A stretch of DNA of 64,000 nucleotides from Mizuhopecten yessoensis (lineage: Eukaryota), in the NCBI RefSeq assembly GCF_002113885.1, contig NW_018408761.1:2633212-2697211 (forward strand), given 5' to 3'. The notes beneath the pieces were generated by a model. That model was not told the origin of the DNA. It did not search any database and saw nothing but the letters and a program-made list of their open reading frames with translations. Positions 46,065 to 61,982 of the stretch are shown here, one piece after another. The position numbers and the translations under genes are program-made. Within the stretch, counting starts at the first letter, position 1; every line of letters starts with the position of its first letter.

Positions 46065-48296
46065 CTCATCTTAATGAGGAATGGCTGTGGGTGGTTGGTA
46101 GTGTGTTAAACACAGAACTTGTCTGAACTTGTTAACTGTGATGTTTAAAAGTAACTGACTGACATGGCCTGTACGGTGAACGAGGTTCAGTAAAACTTGA
46201 GTCAGGTTTTATTTTGTACTTCTGTACAAAATTTGTGTTCTCATGGATTTCTGTTACAGCGCATTTGTACATGTACTGTCAGCATGCATATTTTAGCACA
46301 TATTTCTACAAATTGGTGACAGGTTTCATCAGACACACATAATTTATTAACTACAACTATATCTAAGCATGAAGGAAAAAAGTTTATTCATAATTAAGTG
46401 CTTAAGAGTTAGTATGGAAGATGCAAAATTATTAGTATTGCTATAATATGCCTGTTTATGGTAGAATGGTGTCATGTGCTATGTAACGGTAGGGTAACTA
46501 CTTGTGGTATACGTATACCATCCAACAGCCAGCTGCTAGTCAGGGTCCGTACTAATACTGACAGGACTGTGATAATACATACATGTTACACCAAATCCTT
46601 CGTGGCCGGTGGAGGATCTGTCTCATACCAGCCTGCCATCAGATAATTTGGGTGACAACTATGGATTTTGAAACATGAGTAATTTGCATCAAATTATAAT
46701 TCATAAAATCTGTAATTGAATTTGAAGACATGGGATTGAGTGTATCCCCAAATAACATTATCTGTACTATATGTATTATGTAAAATGAAATGGATGTATT
46801 ATTTTTGTAAAGTGTATGTTTGTTCAACATTTAGTAATTTCAATGTATTTCATAAATTTGTGTACTGAAAATATAATCTTAAGTGCTGGCTTAAATTTTA
46901 AGATTATTTGCAAATATTTTGTTTTTCTATAAAATCCATAAAATTGTGTTAAAATTTAAGAATTTTGGGGTGTTGTGAAAATTTGGGTACAAGTCAACAA
47001 AAATAGTCAATAATAATAATCATTTTGAAAACACCAGTAATGCTGCAACACCATATGTCTCTATATCTATTGGGTGTAATTAATATAGATCCTGTGATTT
47101 GACATGATTTTGCTTGTTTCCAAAATATTTATATATATATATATAATATATAAAACAATCTTTTACCTTTGAAAACAATGCAGACTTTTTATAAAGGCTC
47201 ACAAAAGTTGGAAAACATATCTTCACTTTGTAGCATTTAACATCTGATTCCATAGAGAAAGGTTTCCTCTGTTTAGTGTTCACATTCAGGTAACGTCATG
47301 CTACCACAATTGGTACATTTGTGATGGTTTTTCAGTGTTATTTAAAAACCCAGATGTTATATCAGGAATGTTTCTTGATTCTTGATAAAGACTACCCATA
47401 GTGGTTCATGTTCATGAAAAGTTTTGAGTCAAAGTTATTTGTTTTTAAAATATAACGCTAAACTCTCAGTGAGATTTTATCCATTTTTTCGGCCATGATT
47501 AGTAACCAAATTGGTACACCATATCACAGGCTCTGAATCTGTTTATAATTCTACTAGTTGATGTGCTGATTGCAACATTAAGTAAATAAAGCACCACTAG
47601 ATGAGGACGTCAGGTTGTGTTGTGATTGCAACTCAATGTTCATAAGTCTTAGATTTATGCAATCACCCAGCAGACGTACTCGAAGGTATCCACACCTAGA
47701 CGAAAAATCTGTTACAACACCGCAAAGAAGCAAGGCGTTGGCTCCTCTCCCCTATTCTGAAACTATATTGTTTTTATAAATATATACACTTTGATATTAT
47801 CCTGTTACAAGGACCAGAAATCAACCCTCAAATATTCTTATAATTAACTCCTTCAAAATCCTCCAAACTTTTGTCAACATGCATCATTATTTATGGTTTT
47901 CTGATATGTTTATTTTGAAGTCATCGTGTACTCTTAAAATGTTGCTGTAAACAACTCATTTGGTGGATATACTGATATATATCTCTATTGTTTTACCATC
48001 AGAGGAAAATACACAAATTTTATTTTAAAGTACTATTAGAACCACTATTTGACCATGTACCAATTTGGGTAGTGTACCAGTTTGGGTAGCTTGATATATA
48101 ACTCACAGTTGCCAGCGTCATACCATTAGTCATCGACTACTATTGAAAAATATATAGTATATCATTTTCATCTTACAAATGACACAGGACATTTAAAATT
48201 CTTGTTTTAAGCTTTGAATATGTAATACAATGTAAATAGAAAATCTAATAGACTTACTCTTTGAATACTACTTATAGTTTATTCATATAACAGATA

Positions 48297-48466
48297 CAGT
48301 AAAACTTTGTTATACTGCCACTGTATGTCCAGAGAAATTGTGGCGTTATGTGGGGTTTGGCGACAAATTGAGGAAATTTGTAAAGGAATTCCTAAGAAAA
48401 AGAGAAAAAAGGGACATTGAAATATGTGGGAAATCTAACGAAGGGTATTATATCGAGGTTTTACTG
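48297..48466. mobile_element. Tc1/mariner-pogo-type MITE, 170 bp
   Basis: TA|CAGTAAAACTTTGTTATA ... TATATCGAGGTTTTACTG|TA; 15/18 TIR identity and TA target duplication. Confidence 0.75.
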
Positions 48467-50353
48467 TACTTGTACATGTACTGATATATATTGGTACACT
48501 GCAATACTTGAGGAGAAACGATTGTGAAATATTGGTAGTTTTTAACAGGAAACCATGATTAAATATCTTCTGTATATTACATTGTTATATAGTCTATCAT
48601 GAAATGTGTTGTGTGTCCTGCCATTTACCGGAAACTTTTACTGTACATAATTTGTTTTATCAGCATTGTTTCTCTGTACAATGTATTAAAACTATATATG
48701 GTCATTGGAATTTTAATTACCCACACAGGGAAACAAAATAAACATGAATGTTAGGCAATTTTCATGTTAATATGGATTCAAGTCTGGATATTTTGACTTT
48801 GATTTATTCTTGACATGTATTTCCATGTATGATTGTCTATGGTACATCTGTAATTAATCAATGACAATTGTTTCATCACTGACATGGTACAATGAATAAT
48901 AATCAAGGATGAAGTTTTCCTTCTGAGTCAGATTTTTTTTTCACAATTAAATCCAAATTGATTTTAAAATATTTTTTTCAAACTTTTTGGCCACTCGTCT
49001 AGACAGCAAGTTTTCCTTGCCATTATAGTTTGAATTTATACTCTTTCAACCAATGTGATTTGACACCATTTGTAAATATTATAATAAATTATTAATGTTT
49101 TCCGTTTATGTATGTATTACATCTGACGAAGACTACCTTTCCTACATTCTTTACTATTTTTCCTTTCCATTGTACATACCTTAGATATTGCCATGTGCAG
49201 TTTCTGTATCTGTATTTTGTGTTTGTTTTTGTTTTGCAGTAAGAATGAGGGATTTTACTTGTGTTAATAATATAAATAATAGTCAAGTAATGAATATCTA
49301 GGCCCAATCGTAAATATCGGGGCAAAGTGTACACTGATTAGCTTCATAGGAAGTTATACAAATCTTACATATTTTCAATGATTTCCAATTAGAAACTACA
49401 GCCACACGCATAAAGACTTGAAATGATCATCTGAAGACAGAAAGGCAAAATTATTTCAAAATGTTCAAATACCCAGTACAAGTAAAGAAAGAAAATAGAA
49501 GAAAATTTGTTTTGAATTTTTTTAGTTATGACTTGTGAAGATAAACAAATTTTGATTTTTTATTGTTAAAAAAATAAGGTGTTTATCAGGTCCACATGTA
49601 GGTCACTTCTGTGGTAGTTTTAGAAATGAGATACTTTATTTTATGCAATCAAAACTGACTGGTTGATTGTTTGATTGTGATCTTGGTAAGACCTACATTT
49701 TGTACCTTGTGCTGTTGATGATACCATGTACAAACCTACATATATTTATATATCAATTGTGCAAATCATTTTTACCTATTAATTGCAGAGTATTAAAATA
49801 AAATGATGATATTGTCAATGTTTATAACGGGAGCACCTCTCAGCTGGTTAAACTTGAAAAAGGCTACGGTATGTGTTGTGTTAATGTAACCTTTGCTCTC
49901 TTCGTCTTTTCATTTAAGTGCTATGTAAACAACAAGTTACTGTTTTTAACTCTCCAATATTGTACAACAGACAATGTTTACAATTTGAAGTTTTGAATGC
50001 AGTTGTGTAAAATATTGTAGATCAAATTATGATAACCTCACATGTTATTTATTTCATGCATTTGTCATATGTGCCTTAAAATTTTAATTGGTTCTATGTT
50101 CAACATGTATTTATTGGGGAAATTTCACTGCATACTGATTCTCCAAATTTCTTTGAAATTATCATACATGTAAATATAAAGTCAAAATTGATTTATGAAA
50201 TGAAAATAAAAGAAATAATTCACTATTCCTTAAGCGTGCCTTTTTTTGACAACATTAATTTTATAAAAGTTTGTGGGATCTGAGCAGCCTATGCAAGCTG
50301 AGGCTGTTCATAAACGTTTGTACATTGTGATCAATAATTGGAAATCATGTGAG

Positions 50354-50732
50354 TTTTTATACGCCCGTCAAATTTGACGAAAGTATTATGGAATGGGGTT
50401 GTCCGTCCGGCGTAAACTTTTGTTTGTCTGGCAATCTCCTCCTACATTTTTCGACCGATCTCTTTGAAACTTGGTATACATTATAATCATGATATGAAGT
50501 TGTGTTTCCCTTAAAAGAATTTTGATTCAACGATTTTTGCAAAAGTAATTGCCCTTTGTTCATTTCAGTATTTGATTTTTTGTCCTGAGATTTTCTTCAA
50601 CGTTTTTTATAGCATGTCAGCTAACCACTCTTAGAATGATGGAGAGAGAGATCTTATTTCAATGTAAGAAAGTATATAACACTATATGGAATTCGACGGG
50701 CGTATATTGTTCCACCCCGCGGTACTCTTGTT
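50354..50732 (+). mobile_element. Non-autonomous Helentron-like element (HINE)
   Basis: 5' TTTTATACGCCCGTC and 3' inverted GACGGGCGTATA, GTCCGTCC microsatellite, ends CTCTTGTT. Confidence 0.72.
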
Positions 50733-50908
50733 CAAAATGTTTAAACATTCTCTATATTAGTTGTGTACCTGGTAAAGATCGGATTTATTTATTTGATAAA
50801 TACATTGGCATGACATTGTTTTTCTTGCATGGCGTTTAAAAACATCCAGATTCCGTAAAAGAAGATGGCCACTCTTGCTTCTGATTGGCTGAGACCTTAC
50901 AGGTTGTA

Positions 50909-52258
50909 TTTTTAGGTCACCTGAGCTTTGCTCAAGTGACCTATTCCAATCGCTTTTCGTCCGTCGTCGTCCGTCGTGCGTAAACTTTTACATTTTCAAC
51001 TTCTTCTCAAGAACCAGTGGATGGATTTTTTTCAAACTTGGTCAGAATCATCCTTGGTAGATGAGGCTTCAAAATTGTAAAATTGGGATTCCTACCCCCA
51101 CCCCTGGGGCCAGGGCGGGGCCCCAAAGGGAAAATTATCCAATATTTCAAAAATCTTCTTCTCCAGACTCACAGGTACTACAGTGATTTTCTCTACGTGG
51201 AAAGAAAGATCATCAGGGGCTTTACTTAAATTGTAAATTTCAGGACCCCCGAGCTATCCGTTCTCCCTTGGGGAGGGGGTAAAGTTTACTATAGTTTATA
51301 TAGGGAAATAACACTTTTGGGTATATTTTGACAACTTTCTGTAGGAAATTATTTTTACTTGGTGAGAATTATCCTTGGAGGTAGATGGTTTCAAATTGTA
51401 AAATTGAGATTCCTACCCCGACCCCTGGGGCCAGGGCGGGGCCCCAAAGGGAAAATTAATCAATATTTCAAAAATCTTCTTCTCCAGACTCAGAGGTACT
51501 ACAGTGATTTTCTCTACGTGGAAAGAAAGATCATCAGGGGCTTTACTTAAATTGTAAATTTCAGGACCCCCGAGCTATCCGTTCTCCCTTGGGGAGGGGG
51601 TAAAGTTTACTATAGTTTATATAGGGAAATAACACTTTTGGGTATATTTTGACAACTTTCTGTAGGAAATTATTTTTACTTGGTGAGAATTATCCTTGGA
51701 GGTAGATGGTTTCAAATTGTAAAATTGAGATTCCTACCCCGACCCCTGGGGCCAGGGCGGGGCCCCAAAGGGAAAATTAATCAATATTTCAAAAATCTTC
51801 TTCTCCAGACTCAGAGGTACTACAGTGATTTTCTTTACGTGGAAAGAAAGATCATCAGGGGCTTTATTTAAATTGAAAATATCAGGACCCCGAGCTATCC
51901 GTTCTCCCTTGGGGAGGGGTTAACGTTTAATATAGTTTATATAGGGAAATAACACTTTTCGGTATATATTTTATATATTTTCAGCAGAAAATTGCTCAAA
52001 CTTAGTCAGAATCATCTTGGGTAAATGAGAGTTTTACTTTGTAAAATTAGGATTCCTGCCCCATCCCCAGGGGCTAGAGCGGGGCCCCAAAGGGAACATT
52101 TACCAATATTTTCAAATTCTTATCCATTGATGACATGACAAGTATTGTATTTCACTTAGTTTACATGCTGATTTCCACATCACATCTAAACAATAAAATA
52201 AAGCTACCAGTATCTATGATATAACTCAGGTGACCGCTAAGGCCCTTGGGCCTCTTGT
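50909..52258 (+). mobile_element. Young non-autonomous Helentron-like element (HINE) with ~3.3 internal 321-bp tandem repeats
   Basis: 5' TAGGTCACCTGAG with inverted CTCAAGTGACCTA, (CGTC/CGT)n, near-identical ORF-track peptides at 51359 and 51680, and a 3' CTCAGGTGACC followed by hairpin AGGCCC-TT-GGGCCT and CTTGT. Confidence 0.82.
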
Positions 52259-53211
52259 CTGGTTTAACTTTGGTCTTACTTTGTGGTAACTGGTAGTTAC
52301 AGAAATACATACGTGTAACACTTGATTACCTATAGTTCAAAATCTAAAATGATCATAAAGACTTATGTTTGGCAATTATGGGTGATATATAAGATCAGTC
52401 CGATAGCAGGCCCTTGCTGACTGACAATATTGTTTGATTATTCTTGTTACCGGGTATTCACATAGATATTTGGTCATATTAGATCATTGTGAAAATACAA
52501 GACGAGATGCATTTGACGACTTTTGTAGTTTTATTTCTTATATTACAATAACATTGTATTTACAGTAAATGGTTATGTGTTGTAAATAAAAGTTACAGAA
52601 ATACCTAAAACAATGAAGATATTTCGAAAAATAGGTACAGAAATACACCAAAGTTAGCGGTCAATCTGCCAGAAGGCAAATCATTTGCAGTTTTTGTAGC
52701 TTCAAAGTAGAGTTCTAGTCCGTCCAAGGGACTACTTTTAAACTGCTCTCATACATTCCCTCCTTCCGCAGTATGACATAAGTTGGGCATAATACTGTAC
52801 ATTTACAATTCACAATGGTATAATTCCTGTCATTCCTAGGATGAACAAATTGTTGTTTACATCTTGAAAAAAACCCAGTTAACTTGGATGGACAAAATGA
52901 TTTGGAAATAAGAAATATCAACAAGAACATTTAACCAATGTTCTGACTTTGAAATTCAGAAATCACATTCTCCTGGAACTATTCACATTGAAAGCAGAAA
53001 GGTGTAGTACGACAATATAGTTAATTAATTTACATTTCAATGATTGAAAACAAATATTTCTTTCCTTTTTTATCAACTGGAACAAAATTACAATCTGAAA
53101 TGTTTTTCCCCAGCTACAACAAATTGATTTGTAACTCTTTACTGCTACACATCTCCTGAATATTTTTATCACAGATTTTAATGTTTATTAGATTGTTGTT
53201 TTTCATCTTGT

Positions 53212-56901
<3,690 letters not shown>

Positions 56902-57744
56902 CACTCTACATAAACACAAACAGATAGACATGTCGTTAAGTTTATTAGCATTATATCAAATTGGATTGAAGAATAAATGATACCATGGAAAATGTTCATT
57001 TCACTTTAAATATATTATATACTGATGACATTTTAAAGACTGCATGACATTATTGGCAAGTTAGCTCGCTTGATTTGCTAGCTCTTGGCAAGGGTAAGTT
57101 GATACACCAACTTCATTAGCATTTGCAAACTATTATTACTTCACTCTTACAGTTTCAGACTATGTTTTATTGTTTATCTTTTATGATGTTTTAGCATATA
57201 TACAGATCAGCTATACCATTTCAGTTTTCATATAATTTTCTATTGTCAGAGTATTGATATTAACATTGCTAGAAAATGTCTTAGATTTGTTGAATGATAT
57301 CCAGTGTAACCCTGCTATGCAATCAGTCGAGGTTATGTTTCAATTGTGTTTACATACATTGTCTCTTTTAGTTTGATAAAAACACACTTGACAAACAATG
57401 ATAACCAGATGAGTAAATGTGTAATTATATAGTCTTGATTATCAAATTGTTGGGGAAATGTTTGATAACGATAAAAAAATACAATGAACCTACAAAAATG
57501 TAGCTCGCCGTAAGATTGTACACTTGTATCTGTTGACAACAGCTAAAAATATTAACTGTTTCGACACTTATTTTAAGGCTTTCTCTGTTTTATCGAAGCA
57601 AATAAATTGTACAAATGCTTCTTAAAAGATAACAGTAATTGATAATTCAAATAAAATGTTGAAATTCTTATATTCATCCGTACTGTCAATATATTTTACC
57701 TGGTTACTCTTGTTTCCACAGGTGAACTTATGAAGACTGGATGA

Positions 57745-57900
57745 TGGACGCTTACCTAGCAACACATGTTGCTACAGCAAATGGTCTCGCGGGATTTCAC
57801 GTTACTATAAACCGGAAGTAAGGCGACATCCACATGTGTTTTCATTGGTTAATAAGAATGTCAACCTTTGACCTTTTACCATGAGTTGACGTTGCATGCA
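57745..57900. promoter_or_regulatory. Putative bidirectional promoter for TEKT1 and SLC25A1 with RFX X-box-like sites
   Basis: CTTACCTAGCAAC (57751-57763), GTTGCTACAGCAAA (57768-57781), TCTCGCGGGA (57785-57794), ACCGGAAGT (57811-57819), ATTGG (57844-57848), DR1-like AGGTCA-A-AGGTTG on minus (57862-57874). Confidence 0.65.
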
Positions 57901-57971
57901 GTTTAGCGAACATTCGACTTACGGACGTGTTTACAGGAGGAATGAAGTGAAGTGAAACCACATGTCAAAAC

Positions 57972-58077
57972 ATGGATAAGGACAAGAGTAACTCTGTCCC
58001 CAGTGGTCAAATCTATGCACTGGTACCTCAGAAGCCGAAAAGTACATGGCAGAAAAGTTGCAAAGGCATAGTTGCAG
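57972..58077 (+). CDS. SLC25A1: Probable first coding exon of the mitochondrial tricarboxylate (citrate) carrier; remainder not found in the window
   Basis: aaacATGG start; MDKDK...KSCKGIVA-G followed by a strong GCAG|gtgagt donor. KGIVAG resembles the K[G/A]I[V/L]AG segment preceding G[I/L]xGGIEICIT in animal citrate carriers. Only a short motif supports the identity. Confidence 0.55.
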
Positions 58078-58352
58078 GTGAGTGCAGCATGATGATGATG
58101 CAAGTTGCATCAGCGAGCAAAACTGATGAAAAGTTTGACAATCGTGACCTACTTAGAAGCGTTATCTTTTTAGGCGAACTTGGCAAATGATAGGACATGT
58201 ATTTTATACTTTGGAACGTATAATTTATAGAAGCCTAAATTTTATTTTCTATATTTAGAATAAGTTCCACTTTGAAGTTTTGCACTAGTTAATTATTAAA
58301 TTGTAAATATCTTTTGACAAATGATAAGTCCATGTTCATAAGGTTCAGTAGA

Positions 58353-58722
58353 CTGCCGATTGAGCCATATAGCTGTAAAGACCTACAATAACTCTATTAA
58401 CCTATCTGAAATAGGTCTTTTGAGCTATTTTCATGTGATTTTCTTTATTAAGGAAAACGAAACATAGTCGCTTTTAAAAAAAGATACATCACATATACAT
58501 ATTCTTTTTAAAAAATAATGATGTGAAAAAATCGGAAATTTTACATTTATGAAAAATGAAAATAAACATCTAAATGTATACTTTTTGTAGTCAACATTAC
58601 CATAAACCTTATTGTTTTATGCCACATTGTTTTAATTTAATGAAAATTGAAATCTTAGAATTATAGCTCAATACAGCTATAATTTATAGGTGAATATAGC
58701 TATATAGGTCTTTAAATCGGCA
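58353..58722. mobile_element. Degenerate TIR element remnant
   Basis: CTGCCGATT..TAAAGACCTA..TATTAACCTAT at the left end mirrored by ATAGGTGAATA..TAGGTCTTTA-AATCGGCAG at the right. Confidence 0.45.
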
Positions 58723-59644
58723 GAGTGTTCTGGACCTGTTCATTATAGGTAAAATCAAAGGTGTTTGATATTCTGTACTTTTTTACAGTAATACCCTTAT
58801 TTTTTTATGATTTTTATCTCAATTTACAATTGGAGTTTCTAACACATTCGGTAAAAGTGTGTACACAATTAACAGTATAAAAACATTATGTTAGAATTGA
58901 TTCAAAATCATCTCCAAATCTACCCCTTTTCATTTTAAACACGAAAAAGAAACTGAAGAAGGAATGCAAATAACTATCTGTAACAAACAAGTGCTAGAAT
59001 GGTGTTTTTCAGTGTTTGGGTATCCTTTAACTTTCAATTTTAAAAAGAGTCAATTACTCTTTTTGCGATAAAACCCTTTTTCATCAAAGTAGCATGCAGT
59101 CTGAATTAGCATGCGTATATATACTCCATTAATATATATGTATATATAAAAAAAACCCACATCTGGCAACAAATACTACTAAATGGTACTGGAACATGTG
59201 CTTGCTGTTTTATGACATTACTTAATAAAATCCTGAAATTTAGCTTGGTATCTAATATAGTATTTTCACTTTCTATTTTTTCCAATCAGTATCAGAGTAA
59301 GACTCCCACTTCTGTGATTTATCTGAGTAAGGGTTAATTTTAAGGTGAAATTCTAGCTGCGATAATGTAGCTTCTGACCCTGAGACAATTTCCGGGGTAA
59401 AGGAGGCCGGGTATTAATATTAGTACTACTACTAGGTGAAGTCCCAGATCATATCATTCAATATTTGGGTCAAGGTCAGATGATGGTGTACTAGTGTAAG
59501 CATAGTACATATACCTAGAGAAGTTGACCTACTAAGCTTATCTGACACCACATCCTAAGATAAGCATTTACATTGTATGTGTTTAAATGTTGGGGACAGT
59601 GTTCAGTTCTATATATACTGTCATTTACAATTTTCTTATTTTAA

Positions 59645-60287
59645 AGGGGCTGGTCGGGGAAAAAAATACAAAATAAATGGGTCTAAATGCGTTCTCTGGC
59701 CTTCCAAAAGTTATACCACGGCAATATGATGGTCAAGTTCTGCTTGCAATGTCCAGTTTTGACCAATGAAATCTTGGGGAAGCCCTGCGTAAATTTAGCG
59801 CAGATCTATTTATATGTGTCACATGGTTGTTTCGAAAGTGAGGCAGTGAAGATAACAACAATAGCATGCCGTCATGGGCCATGTCGGACTCAACTAGCGG
59901 ACAAGACAGCAATACTATACATAAATAATTGTTTTCACAGGTCATGTATGATGCAAGTGTAGTATTCCTACCTATATGTTGTTATATATAACGGTATTGA
60001 TACCTCGTGCCTGTCATGACTTTTGAATGCACCTTTTTCTTTCGCCGCGATGTTTACATTTGGCCTTGTTGATGACGCGCGTGCGGTAAAATTACATCGC
60101 TGATCTGGGTCAATTGAGAGTTTTAGACTGTCAGGTGGCGATTTAGAATTTCTTTAATATAATTATAATTTTTACTCTTTGGGAGTGAATTTCAGCAAAA
60201 TCGGTATCGGTATATTTCATAAGAAGGTATTTTAAACATGTGTATGCCATTTTAGCAAATATGACATTTTTCCCATGACCAGCCCCT
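59645..60287. mobile_element. Non-autonomous DNA transposon with TTAA target duplication (Kolobok-like), 643 bp
   Basis: TTAA|AGGGGCTGGTCGGGGAAAAA ... TTTTTCCCATGACCAGCCCCT|TTAA. Confidence 0.8.
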
Positions 60288-61619
60288 TTAAAGAAATTAT
60301 TTAGTGATTCAATAAGTACAAAAATACTGTGACAAAGTTATTGGTTAGTAACATTGATGTGGAACTTTGCATTTTCATACACACAAACAACTCTACAAAC
60401 TAATTAGGGCACACAATATGCAATTTCATTTTAAAAGTAATGATTTCTTCCCTGGTGATATTTGAAGGAAAAGTTTTTTATTTGAAGAAAACATATATAT
60501 ATTGACTAATAAAGTTTCACAAGTGATGCTTTAAATTTCAATTGTATATGACCTGAGATCTGTGTCACATTTGTCAATTTTTTTAATAAGAAATTGTCCT
60601 CATGTACATGCAAGCAAAATACATGCATGGTACCATGTTCAAAAAAATCGTTCTGTTTTCATTTTAGGTCTTGATGGTTTTTAAGATAAATCAAGAAACA
60701 ATATGTGTAAAATGTAAGAAAAAACAACCTGAAACTGTATGTCAATACATGTACACATTATGATTAAGTCAAGATAACTCTCCTTTATTTTTTTCCAGGC
60801 ATTTAACAGGAAATAAACATGTCTTTTTGTTTGGTCTTACCAGGTATTACCAAAATTACACAGAATACCAGTGAAAATTAGGTTATTAATATCAAAATGA
60901 TTATTGGTTGGTTTAAAATAAGGTTTGTTTACAATATGTTTACTGAAGCCCTATAAAAAGGAGAATCAACTTTGTTGAAATGAAAGATTTGTCCCTCTTA
61001 CTAGGAAAAAGGGTTCAGACCTTGATAGGGTAAATCAGCAGGTCATGGGTAGGTACAGGATAATAATATGTTCCTTTCCATTCTATATACCATCCCATCA
61101 GACTTTACTGTTACAGCACTCCTTCTCATCTGACTAACATCTAGACAGGTGACAATACTGACTCAAACAGAGTAAGATATGGCCATGGTTTACAACCATG
61201 CACTACCCGGAAGAGAATTTCCAAACAATGATTATGAATGAGCCTTACAAAACATAAGCTATTTTTGTAAGCATGGTAATTATCATAATGTTCCTCACAG
61301 GTCCTGATTACACAATATCAGATAACAGGGTATTTGGTTATAATTAGCAACAATTTACCTGGAGTTCTGTGTCAGCATAATTGGAGCTTACTTAGTAAAC
61401 AGGATTTAAAATGTAAGACCACAATGACAAACAGAAATCTGAAGCTCTTCCTGGTCAAAGTCAATAATTAATGTCTCTGGGCTTTATGGTCCACAGCCTT
61501 TTTTTTCATTCATGACGCATTTTTGCTACTAACAAATTGCTATTAAAATTTTGTGCCTTATTTAATTAATCATTGATTTACGCTTTTACTTGTTTCTTTT
61601 AACCAAGAACAGAAGACAT

Positions 61620-61982
61620 ACAGTTACAAAGTTTGTTCAAAACAGACCCCTTGGGTCAAAATTGGAGTCACACCCATTTAATTCAGTTATCGTGTTCACA
61701 GGGTCCAACAATAATAGAATTACCAAGGGGAATAACTATGTACGTTATGGTCAAATTGGTCCGGTATTCAAATTCATCCAAGATCTCATTGATACAAAGC
61801 TGCATACAAAGTTTCATCAAAATAGGTTCATATTTACTGAAGTTATTGTGTTTACAAGGAAAAATTAATGGACGATGCAGCAAGGTCACTCGGACCGATG
61901 AATGGTATGAATTGGCCCCTGGATAACAGTCCTAATTTGAATCGGATGTCAGGTGACCGTTAAGGCCCATGGGCCTCTTGTT
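61620..61982 (+). mobile_element. 3' part of a HINE-like element with nested fragments
   Basis: CAGGTGACCGTTAAGGCCCATGGGCCTCTTGTT, nearly identical to the 3' end at 52227-52258; left boundary approximate. Confidence 0.6.

Noticed and set aside
51359-51871. Two near-identical 63-aa ORFs
   Set aside because: Products of the 321-bp internal repeat of the HINE-like element, with non-ATG starts.
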